NCBI GenBank assembly: GCA_963762115.1
Contig: CAVXJH010000003.1
Span: 331,323 to 395,322 of the forward strand
Length of the DNA stretch: 64,000 nt
Reading direction: 5' to 3'
Origin: Candidatus Babeliales bacterium
GTDB lineage: Bacteria; Babelota; Babeliae; Babelales; JANWKD01
The translations under genes and the position numbers were made by a program. Shown piece by piece: positions 47,878 through 56,503 of the stretch. Every line of letters begins with the position of its first letter. Within the stretch, counting starts at the first letter, position 1. Below the pieces are notes generated by a model. It ran no database searches and was not told the origin of the DNA. It saw nothing but the letters and a program-made list of their open reading frames with translations.

Positions 47878-48672
47878 ATGAATTTATTTTTATTGTCAGC
47901 ATACTTTGTTTTTTTCTGCACTGCTATGCAATATACATCATGTTTTGATTTTTCTCTAAAAGGAATTTCATCATGGATTACCGGCAACACAGAAAAAGTA
48001 TTTTTAAAAGAAGCATATTTTGATTTTGATGGTACCGTCGTTCTTGAAAACGGTGTTGGATCAGTGATTGTGAAATCATGGAGTCTGCCAAAAATAGCAA
48101 TTGAGGCAATAAAAAAAGCACCTGAAAAAGAGATTGATACGGTAATAATCAATACTCAAATGAGCAATAATAAAGTATCGATCAATTCAACAATAAAAAA
48201 CACAGCAAAAAACAATAACCATTCAATCGACTATCGTCTTATCGTTCCCTATAAAACCAATCTTATCATAAAAAATAAGGGTACTATTAAAATTAAAAAT
48301 ATAGAGGGAAATATTAAAGCATCTTCAGAGAGTACAATCGATATACGGGGAGCCGTTGGCAATGTTACTGTTCAATCAAATGGCACGGCAATGATTGCCT
48401 TTTCAACCTTGCCCCTTGAAAGCTTAGTACATATCACCAGTACAAAAAGCAATGTTGTAATTGCACTGCCATCTCAAATCAATGCTACTCTTACGGCAAA
48501 AACCGAGTTTAATATGATCAACTCAGAACATTTTATTATGTTAAATCCGATGACCATATTACTTAACAAACAAACATGGAACAGATTACAGAAAGAAGTA
48601 TATGGTATGATTGGCAATGGAGGAACTCAAATAGTATTAACAGCCTATAATGGCGTTACGATAACCTATTAA
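47878..48672 (+). CDS. hypothetical exported beta-rich protein (DUF4097/adhesin-like periodicity)
   Basis: Leader LFLLSAYFVFFCTAMQ. Repeating short beta-strand pattern (IKIKNIEGNIKASSESTIDIRGAVGNVTVQSNG). Confidence 0.5.
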   Translation: MNLFLLSAYFVFFCTAMQYTSCFDFSLKGISSWITGNTEKVFLKEAYFDFDGTVVLENGVGSVIVKSWSLPKIAIEAIKKAPEKEIDTVIINTQMSNNKVSINSTIKNTAKNNNHSIDYRLIVPYKTNLIIKNKGTIKIKNIEGNIKASSESTIDIRGAVGNVTVQSNGTAMIAFSTLPLESLVHITSTKSNVVIALPSQINATLTAKTEFNMINSEHFIMLNPMTILLNKQTWNRLQKEVYGMIGNGGTQIVLTAYNGVTITY

Positions 48673-48692
48673 AGTCCCTCACATAAAATTAT

Positions 48693-49985
48693 TTATGAAA
48701 TTGCACAATATGATTTTTCTAATGCAACATGATTTTGTAAAAAACTAGTCAATGCTGGCTTCTGATTCAAAATTAAGTTTGTATAAATTTCTGCGATTTC
48801 TGGGCTAGCATTAAGATCAATTTTTTGGCCGTTGCCTATGAATTCTAAAGCCCATCGTATGAGCAATATACCTTCAATAGGTAATGACATAATTTCATCA
48901 TGCAACATTGGATTTACTAAATGCAAACGCCCGATAATTGTTTTATATTGTATCTTTTTATCAAGCACTATTTCTCCATTCACATCAAATTTAACAGAAC
49001 ACTTACAATTTGACCTATAAGATTTACATCTTAAAGATATAAGGTTCCAATCTTGAATAATCCATTTATTACGCTTATGAGAAGTTGCTACCACATGTAA
49101 ACCATCTAATGAGAATGCCACCGATTCAAGACCTTCTTCAGCCGATAGACGATTACATTTTTCAGTTCCCAAATTCCAAATGCGCACCACATTATCATCC
49201 GAAGCAACCGCTAATTTAGCATTGTTAGGTGAAAAACAAAGAGCTTTAACACGAGATCGACTCGGCAACGAACTTACGATTCCTTCTTTTATGTTATATA
49301 CTTTAATATCACTACAATTATTCAAAGCAACTGCTAGCAAAGCTTTGTCCGCAGAGAGCACATATGAACTTATTGTAGTATTTTTTAAAACTTCTTGAAT
49401 ACATGCCGGTAATACACATTGTTGAGTCATACCATATCGTTGCGCCATATGATGACCGATTAAAACAGAAAGTTCAACAGGTAAATCAAATTGGAAACAC
49501 CATGCTTTCATTTGCTCGATATTCATAATTTTAAATTGAGCAATCACGTTATAAGCAACGGTCTTTGCACAACCTTCAAGCAATGTTTCACAATTCAGAC
49601 AATTAGCACTATTTAAAATCTTTATAAGCATTTCGACTGAAAAATTTTGTTCATTAAGATGTTTAAAAACAAGATTAATTTTTTCCTCGAGCGCTAATTC
49701 ATTGTTTTTTACTAATAACTCAAAAATTGGTTTTATGATAGCAAGTTCAACCGATCCAATTTCAGGTAAAGCCAAAGGCTCATTAGCCGCATTATTCTTT
49801 TCGGGAAGATCGGAATCATCACGAATCATATCGGCGAGAACTTTTGATTGCTCTGCACAAGCATGACTCAAGGTAATCTGCACGCCATCATTTGTCTCTA
49901 GAGTAATATCATCCATGCCATACAGCATCGATACACTACTAAAAATCATTCCCCAGAAAAAAAATTGTTTTATTGTACTCTTCAT
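48693..49985 (-). CDS. Skp1/BTB-POZ-like domain + WD40-repeat protein with N-terminal leader
   Basis: aa 25-100, ITLETNDGVQITLSHACAEQSKVLADMIRDD...EPLALPEIGSVELAIIKPIFE, follows the Skp1/BTB-POZ pattern. The C-terminal half has WD-like blades (LAVASDDNVVRIWNL, VAFSLDGLHVVATS). Confidence 0.72.
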   Translation of the reverse strand: MKSTIKQFFFWGMIFSSVSMLYGMDDITLETNDGVQITLSHACAEQSKVLADMIRDDSDLPEKNNAANEPLALPEIGSVELAIIKPIFELLVKNNELALEEKINLVFKHLNEQNFSVEMLIKILNSANCLNCETLLEGCAKTVAYNVIAQFKIMNIEQMKAWCFQFDLPVELSVLIGHHMAQRYGMTQQCVLPACIQEVLKNTTISSYVLSADKALLAVALNNCSDIKVYNIKEGIVSSLPSRSRVKALCFSPNNAKLAVASDDNVVRIWNLGTEKCNRLSAEEGLESVAFSLDGLHVVATSHKRNKWIIQDWNLISLRCKSYRSNCKCSVKFDVNGEIVLDKKIQYKTIIGRLHLVNPMLHDEIMSLPIEGILLIRWALEFIGNGQKIDLNASPEIAEIYTNLILNQKPALTSFLQNHVALEKSYCAIS

Positions 49986-50326
49986 CAGTACTCCTTTTTT
50001 TAGTTAAGATTTTTTCCTAACATATTGTTTATAATGTTCTCTTTAAGCTTAACAAATATAAAAATAATGTCAATGTGAAATTAATTTTATATTAATCCAA
50101 TCATATTTATTCAATCATAAAACATCGCGCCCTGTTTTTTGAATAAATATGCAACATTTTTTGAATTTATAATTAATTTAAAATTAGTCCTGATAAATCA
50201 GTATAGGCTACTATCTTTTACCCTTATTATTCATTTCATAAAGAATACTAATCAGTTTATTTACATTCTCTTATGATTTTTTGAATACTATAAAACGAAG
50301 ATAAAAATAATATTTGAGGATATAGA

Positions 50327-51520
50327 ATGAAAAAAACCATACTATTTTTCTTGTGCTTATTAATAATTATTACTGGTTTATTTTTTGCAAGACAGTTTAT
50401 ACATAGTGACCAAAAAACATTTGCACAGAACTTATTATCTCCAGCAAATATTGCCATTAATAATAATGATGCGCCCTGTACTATCATGGTACATAACGAT
50501 CAGTTCTATCCTAGAGTTTTAAGCAACGGATCATTAGCTCTTGGTGAAGCATATATGGATAACTGGTGGAACTGTTTAGCACTTGATGACCTTTTTTTTC
50601 GTATTGCCCGCTCTGATATCTATAATAGAACCCCAAAAAATATATATTCTCTTTATATGTATTTAAAAGCAAAATTGATGAACTTACAATCACCATCGCG
50701 AGCATTCCAAGTTGGTGAACAACATTATGACCTTGGTAATGATTTATTCAAGGCAATGCTTGATAAAAATATGTTATATTCATGTGCTTATTGGAAAAAT
50801 GCTCACACATTAGAAGAAGCACAAGAAAATAAATGTGAACTTATTTGTAAAAAATTAAACCTACAACCGGGTATGAAGATTCTTGATATTGGCTGTGGCT
50901 GGGGCGGTTTTGCTTTATATGCCGCCAAAAATTATGGTGTTAACGTTGTTGGTGTCACCATTTCCAAAGAGCAAGCTGAGTATGCTCGAGAAATAACAAA
51001 AGATTATCCCATTGAAATACGATTGCAAGATTATCGAGATATCAATGAATCCTTTGATCGCATTGTGAGTATTGGCATGTTTGAACACGTAGGTTTAAAA
51101 AATTATAAAACCTTCATGAATAACACTCATAAGTTATTAAAAGATGGTGGCTTATTGCTCCTGCATACAATTGGCAATAATAGTTCGCAACCGCATGGTG
51201 ATCCTTGGATTACAAAATATATTTTTACCAATGGTATGCTTCCTTCAATTGAACAAATTGCACAAGCGAGCCAAGATCATTTTGTTATGGAAGATTGGCA
51301 TAACTTTGGCGCAGATTACGACAAAACATTAATGGCTTGGGATGCGAACTTCGAAAAAAATTGGCACCTTTTAAAGTCATCTTACAATGATCGTTTTTAC
51401 CGCATGTGGAAATATTATTTATTATCATGTGCTGGACTGTTTCGAGCACGAGCAATACAACTCTGGCAAATAGTGTTTTCTAAATCAGGTGTTTTAAATG
51501 GTTATCAATCAATTCGATAA
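50327..51520 (+). CDS. cfa: cyclopropane-fatty-acyl-phospholipid synthase
   Basis: SAM motif ILDIGCGWGGFALYAA, plus HYDLGNDLF, DRIVSIGMFEHVG and HFVMEDWHNFGADYDKTLMAW. It carries an extra N-terminal TM/leader. Confidence 0.9.
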   Translation: MKKTILFFLCLLIIITGLFFARQFIHSDQKTFAQNLLSPANIAINNNDAPCTIMVHNDQFYPRVLSNGSLALGEAYMDNWWNCLALDDLFFRIARSDIYNRTPKNIYSLYMYLKAKLMNLQSPSRAFQVGEQHYDLGNDLFKAMLDKNMLYSCAYWKNAHTLEEAQENKCELICKKLNLQPGMKILDIGCGWGGFALYAAKNYGVNVVGVTISKEQAEYAREITKDYPIEIRLQDYRDINESFDRIVSIGMFEHVGLKNYKTFMNNTHKLLKDGGLLLLHTIGNNSSQPHGDPWITKYIFTNGMLPSIEQIAQASQDHFVMEDWHNFGADYDKTLMAWDANFEKNWHLLKSSYNDRFYRMWKYYLLSCAGLFRARAIQLWQIVFSKSGVLNGYQSIR

Positions 51521-51553
51521 AAATATAAATTGAAGCTCCGTAGGAGCGAAGAT

Positions 51554-51629
51554 TGGTGGAGCTGACCGGGGTCGAACCGGTGACCTCATGAATGCCATCC
51601 ATGCGCTCTACCAACTGAGCTACAGCCCC
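51554..51629 (-). tRNA. tRNA-Ala (anticodon GGC), CCA encoded
   Basis: The reverse complement folds as a cloverleaf. The acceptor has the G3:U70 alanine identity pair. Anticodon loop is ATGGCAT. T loop is GGTTCGACCCC. Confidence 0.9.
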
Positions 51630-51763
51630 AAGATTACTATGAAATGCTATGCTTTTTTATAATTTTTCTTTATCCTACTTGTTGTGTAGTGTAATGTAAG
51701 CACAAAAAAATTCAATAAATACCTATTAATTTTACCCTTTAATTGCCAGTTGAGGTCAACACC

Positions 51764-53548
51764 ATGAGTACTAAACAACTCTTACTCGTTTGTATTGTTT
51801 TTCTTGCTAACATTCAATCAAATCTTTTGGGGGGCACCCTCTCATTTTCATCTAAACGTATTGAACACAATACTCTTGAAATTGTAGTACATGCAAAACT
51901 CAATCCACAAGAATGGCTTTATAAAGAACTCTTAAATTTTTCTGTTGATAATCCAAACATACAGTTATCATCATGGCAAAGTTCACAAGCAGCACAGGCA
52001 GTATACGATCCGGCTTTTAAAACAACAAAAAAAGTATTTGAAGGTAACGTTGATTTTACTTTACAAGCAATTGCGCAAAAAGAACTAGCGCCCAATGAAG
52101 CACATCTGCATATTACTTTTTATCGCAATAAAAATCATACCCCTGAAGAATTAACATTTCCACTATCATTTGATAACGCACAAAAAAACGTAGCTGACGA
52201 TGCACAACAAGAGAAAAATATTTTAGAATCATCAAATAATGCCCATAAAACCGTACAAAAATCAATAAAACCATCGGAAAATCTGCATGAAAATTTTTCA
52301 TTTTCATCATATCTTTCTGCCTTAGTAAAACAAACCGAATCAACAACAATCCGTTTCTTATTAGTATTTTTACTGGGAATTTTATTAAGTCTCACCCCAT
52401 GCATTTATCCAATGGTTCCTATCACCGCCGGTATTTTACAATCACAAGGCGGCAAATCCTTATTCTATAATTTTTTACTTTCATGTTCTTATACTTTTGG
52501 CATGGCAACTACTTTTGCACTCTTTGGATTATTGGCAAGTTGTACTGGACCAATTTGTGGGCAATTGCTTATGGAACCATTATTTATTGCTGGCCTTGTT
52601 GCAATTCTTACCTATTTAGCATTATCAATGTTTGGTTTTTATGAAATTTATATTCCAACATTTTTTAAGCCTTCTGCAAAATCACTTAAAGCCGGTTCTC
52701 TTATTTCTACCTTCATCTTTGGTGCTGCAAGCGGCACAATAGCTTCACCTTGTGTCTCACCAGGCTTAGCACTGCTACTCAGCATTGTCGCAACGTTAGG
52801 CAGTAAATTTTTAGGATTCCTCTTATTATTTGCCTTTGGCGTTGGCTTAAGTATGCCGTTGTTGATTATTGGTACTTTTTCAAGTTCCATAAATTTACTC
52901 CCTCGTGCGGGCTCTTGGATGATCGAAATAAAAAAAATATTTGGCTTTATGATGTTAGGCATGTGCCTTTACTACCTAAGCTACATCGTTTCTCCTTCAA
53001 TCATGATGTGGGTTACCGCACTCTTTATTGCATTCACTGGCTTTTATTATCTTTATCATGCACAAAAAAAACAATCTTCATTCTGGAAAAACAGTAGTCG
53101 CTTACTCGGATCAGCACTTATCATCGGTGCATTTGTTGTATGCTTTTATGCTGTACGTGAAGAATATGCACCTCACGAAATAGTAAATCAAAATTGGCAC
53201 ACTGATTATCATGTTGCTCGTGAAGAAGCTTTAACACGGAATAAAAAATTATTTATTGATTTTTGGGCAACCTTCTGCCCTGTATGTTTAGCAATTAATA
53301 AAAATGTTTTAACAAAACCTGCAATTCTTGATGCACTAAAACATTTTGTGATGCTCAAAGTTGACGGCTCACATGCTTCGCATGAGCCCTATGCATCATT
53401 AAAAGAAAAATATTCCATTACCGGTTTCCCAACATTTTTAATTGTTGATCCTGCAACTGAAACAGTAATTATGCAATTGGGTGGCGAACTCTATGAGATG
53501 CCTGAACAAGCATTTATTACCGTGTTAAAACAACATTATTCTCTCTAG
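51764..53548 (+). CDS. dsbD: thiol:disulfide interchange protein DsbD
   Basis: Periplasmic N-domain. Multi-TM core with CIYPMVP and SPCVSP cysteines. C-terminal thioredoxin fold with WATFCPVC. I prefer ATG at 51764 over the TTG at 51743. Confidence 0.88.
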   Translation: MSTKQLLLVCIVFLANIQSNLLGGTLSFSSKRIEHNTLEIVVHAKLNPQEWLYKELLNFSVDNPNIQLSSWQSSQAAQAVYDPAFKTTKKVFEGNVDFTLQAIAQKELAPNEAHLHITFYRNKNHTPEELTFPLSFDNAQKNVADDAQQEKNILESSNNAHKTVQKSIKPSENLHENFSFSSYLSALVKQTESTTIRFLLVFLLGILLSLTPCIYPMVPITAGILQSQGGKSLFYNFLLSCSYTFGMATTFALFGLLASCTGPICGQLLMEPLFIAGLVAILTYLALSMFGFYEIYIPTFFKPSAKSLKAGSLISTFIFGAASGTIASPCVSPGLALLLSIVATLGSKFLGFLLLFAFGVGLSMPLLIIGTFSSSINLLPRAGSWMIEIKKIFGFMMLGMCLYYLSYIVSPSIMMWVTALFIAFTGFYYLYHAQKKQSSFWKNSSRLLGSALIIGAFVVCFYAVREEYAPHEIVNQNWHTDYHVAREEALTRNKKLFIDFWATFCPVCLAINKNVLTKPAILDALKHFVMLKVDGSHASHEPYASLKEKYSITGFPTFLIVDPATETVIMQLGGELYEMPEQAFITVLKQHYSL

Positions 53549-53709
53549 AAAACTATTCTTCACCTAAAAATTAAATTTTCCAATAGAAATCAATGCTTTG
53601 TAAACTCAAAAAAGTGTTGATTTCTATTGATGTTTTTTGCTATATTCAAGATATATAAGCCTATACAAATAGAAAATCTGTATAGGTGAAATTAAAAAAA
53701 GGGTATCTC

Positions 53710-54153
53710 ATGAAAATAGTAAAATTAGTAGCATTATCAGTAATAATTGTCCCCCTCACCCTCACAGCCTCAGATTATTCTAATCTCGATATTTCTAGCA
53801 TTGCACGTAAATATCTTTCATCACCAAATACAGGTTTTAATAATGCAGAGACAAAGCAAGAAGTCTTGGGTCAAGAAATAGTAGGAAAAGATCTTCAAGA
53901 GAAAAATGAATATTCAAGCACGGCAACATTAAATTCATTACTCAATGCAACACCAGATTCAATTAAAAGTGCTCTTGTTGAAAAAATACCACAAGAATAC
54001 AAGGGATATCTTGTACAATTTATTGAATTTATAAAATCATTTTTTAGTAATGATAAAGATAAAGTAACAACTTTGGATTCTATAAAAAATTTATTACAAA
54101 AAAACAGAGAAGCATATGATGCACATAATACAGAACAATTGCCAGCGCAATAA
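53710..54153 (+). CDS. small hypothetical exported protein
   Basis: ATG 53710 gives MKIVKLVALSVIIVPLTLTAS, a leader. The rest is hydrophilic. Confidence 0.5.
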   Translation: MKIVKLVALSVIIVPLTLTASDYSNLDISSIARKYLSSPNTGFNNAETKQEVLGQEIVGKDLQEKNEYSSTATLNSLLNATPDSIKSALVEKIPQEYKGYLVQFIEFIKSFFSNDKDKVTTLDSIKNLLQKNREAYDAHNTEQLPAQ

Positions 54154-54199
54154 ACTCAACAAAAAGAATAATAATAGTCATTAAACAAAGGAGAAAGAA

Positions 54200-54700
54200 A
54201 TGAAAACAATCATAAAAAATATCATTGCGTTGTCGTTAATAATAATGACCACAAATGTTAATGCCATGGAAGAACGAACTCCTGGAAGAAGAAGTCGTGT
54301 TGAATATAGTTGGAATCCACCTCGTGAACCGCGAGAATTTTCATGCGGCGTCGGCGATCTAACAGAGCAAATAATGGCTCAAGCATTAGAAGATATGAGA
54401 TTAAAAAAACTCAAAGAAGAAAAACAGGAACTTGAAAAAAGACGCGCTGCATACAAAAACAAAAAGAAAACTCTCAATGAAATTGCCGGCGTTGCATCCT
54501 TAGAAAAATTATTAGCAGAACCTTCAGACGAAGAAAGACTTGAAGTACTCTCAACATTACCTAAGGACGTAATAAATTACTTTTCTATACTTATTGAAGA
54601 AAGAAAAGCACTTTTAGATAAAAATGATGCAAATGACTTAATAAAAGAGGATGCATTAGAAGATTTAAATAAGTTACTAAAAGCTTATTTAGGGCAATAA
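54200..54700 (+). CDS. small hypothetical exported protein
   Basis: RBS aaggag. Leader IIALSLIIMTTNVNA. Charged helical body. Confidence 0.55.
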   Translation: MKTIIKNIIALSLIIMTTNVNAMEERTPGRRSRVEYSWNPPREPREFSCGVGDLTEQIMAQALEDMRLKKLKEEKQELEKRRAAYKNKKKTLNEIAGVASLEKLLAEPSDEERLEVLSTLPKDVINYFSILIEERKALLDKNDANDLIKEDALEDLNKLLKAYLGQ

Positions 54701-54735
54701 TCAAAAATGAATAGCCTTTATTATCTATAAACATT

Positions 54736-54763
54736 TAAGCGAGAGTAAAATTACTCTCGCTTA
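54736..54763. terminator. perfect 13-bp palindrome between convergent genes (candidate terminator)
   Basis: taagcgagagtaa-aa-ttactctcgctta. The T-runs are weak and it overlaps the last codons of hpf. Confidence 0.4.
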
Positions 54764-55086
54764 TTTAAACCTTTTTTATTATTATCAACACGCCATTGTT
54801 TTTCTTTATGCAGTTGCTCGATCATAACATCAACAACCTCATTAATGAGCTTATACATGTCAGGACCTTCTTTGTGCACATGAAGATCATAACGCGGCGA
54901 TTTCAAATCAAATTCAATTGCATGATGATGATGAGTTTCCTCAGCATCAAATGCCATACGAATATAAATTGGACTCTTTTCTTGTTCATTCTTTAAGAAA
55001 TCTTCAACTTTTGTTAATAATTCATTGGCAAATGTTTCCATTGCTACTGAAGATTCCATACCTTTGAACGTAAATTGTTTGTTCAT
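54751..55086 (-). CDS. hpf: ribosome hibernation-promoting factor / RaiA family
   Basis: 111 aa. N-terminal FTFKGMESSVAMETFANELLTKVEDFL and the overall beta-alpha-beta-beta-beta-alpha pattern are typical of the S30AE family. Confidence 0.62.
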   Translation of the reverse strand: MNKQFTFKGMESSVAMETFANELLTKVEDFLKNEQEKSPIYIRMAFDAEETHHHHAIEFDLKSPRYDLHVHKEGPDMYKLINEVVDVMIEQLHKEKQWRVDNNKKGLNKRE

Positions 55087-55186
55087 AAATCACACTCCAC
55101 ACTAAATGTATTGATATACTTAGTTTATACCAATATAGCCTAGCAGGTGACAATGAAATTCTCTACAAAATTAAGAAAAAACAATT

Positions 55187-56503
55187 TTAATCTGTTCTAC
55201 GAGGAATAAGTTTAACGGGAGCACCAACTAAATCAAAATGAGCGCGCATCACATTTTCAAAAAATGATAACTGACTTTGACCAAACCATTTTGGATCATT
55301 AACCAACACCAAAAAGGTAAGCGGCGCTTTTCGAATTTGTTTCACTTTTCGCACTGCCAATCGATGTGAGCTATAATACAATGGTGTTTTTATTAAGGCA
55401 TTTTTGAATAGTTCAGTCAGTTGTTCAGAAGTAAATGATTGAGTTGAGCGTTGCCAAACTTTTTGCACAAGAGGTAAAATCTTACCAACGTTTTTTCCCG
55501 TTTTGCATGAAATAATGAGTGTTGGAATTTTTTTCAAGAAATGCTTATATTTTTCAGAATCAAATTCTAAATCTGCTCGTTGTTGATCAGTAACTAAATC
55601 ATCTTTATTAATCAGCAAAATCAATGCTTTATCATGTTCAAAAGCATAAAATGCTAATTTAAGCTCTTGATCACTCAATTGACCTTCTGTGCCTTCAATC
55701 ATTAATAAGATGATATTGGCATTATCAACTGCCCTAAAAGATGATTTAACCATTAACGTTTCCAAGAGATCGGTCACGCCACGTTTTCTGCGAATTCCTG
55801 GCGTATCAGTCAATTGAATTGTCTCTTTATAAAATCGTAGTCGTTCTGAAATTGCTTCTCGTGTTGTTCCTGCTTCTTTTGCAACAATCGATCGTTCTTC
55901 TTCAAGAAGATAGTTCATAAGTGATGATTTACCAACATTTGGTTTACCCAATAAAGCAACTGAAAAAGCCGGTTCATCTTCTTGATAACTTACTTCTTTT
56001 TTTGCAATTTTTTGAACAACAGCATCAAGTAAATCACCCGAGCCAGTTCCATGTTGAGCAGAAACTTCAACTAATACTTCGTGACCTAATTTTTCAAATT
56101 CATAACGACGCTCTTGAGCTTCATGTGAATCAATTTTGTTAATAACAACAATAACATCTTTGTTTTGTTTCTGAAGAAACTTATTAATTTCACGATCTTC
56201 AGGGAGCAACCCAACTTTACCGTCGCACACGAAAAGGACTAAATCTGCCTTTTCTACCAACGATAAAGCAACTTGCCTAACCTTTTCCGATAAAGAATCT
56301 TCAACTCTTTTAAGACTTATGCCGCCACTATCAATAAGCTCAAAAGAAAATCCTTGCCAAAAAATTACGTCAGATAAAAAATCTCGTGTAACACCGGCAA
56401 AATCTAATGTTAAACTTTTAACATTTACTGATAAACGATTAAATAAGGTAGATTTACCAACATTGGCTCTACCAACAATAACTACTTTAGCTAATTTACT
56501 CAT
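55187..56503 (-). CDS. der: ribosome-associated GTPase Der (EngA)
   Basis: Two tandem G domains (GRANVGKST...DSGG and GKPNVGKSS...DTPG) plus a KH-like C-terminus. Confidence 0.93.
   Translation of the reverse strand: MSKLAKVVIVGRANVGKSTLFNRLSVNVKSLTLDFAGVTRDFLSDVIFWQGFSFELIDSGGISLKRVEDSLSEKVRQVALSLVEKADLVLFVCDGKVGLLPEDREINKFLQKQNKDVIVVINKIDSHEAQERRYEFEKLGHEVLVEVSAQHGTGSGDLLDAVVQKIAKKEVSYQEDEPAFSVALLGKPNVGKSSLMNYLLEEERSIVAKEAGTTREAISERLRFYKETIQLTDTPGIRRKRGVTDLLETLMVKSSFRAVDNANIILLMIEGTEGQLSDQELKLAFYAFEHDKALILLINKDDLVTDQQRADLEFDSEKYKHFLKKIPTLIISCKTGKNVGKILPLVQKVWQRSTQSFTSEQLTELFKNALIKTPLYYSSHRLAVRKVKQIRKAPLTFLVLVNDPKWFGQSQLSFFENVMRAHFDLVGAPVKLIPRRTD

Noticed and set aside
47859-48152. 97-aa minus-strand ORF overlapping the start of 47878..48672. 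Similar short antisense ORFs include 907..1119, 1496..1738, 5079..5429, 6531..6782, 11594..11905, 42402..42704 and 46643..47179.
   Set aside because: Each lies antisense or out of frame within a longer ORF that has clear homology motifs or a leader peptide. None has a convincing RBS.
51531-51553. Small hairpin gctcc-gta-ggagc between cfa and tRNA-Ala as a bidirectional terminator.
   Set aside because: It has only a 5-bp stem with a 3-nt loop and poor T-runs, which is too weak to call as a feature. It is mentioned only in connection with the tRNA trailer pattern.
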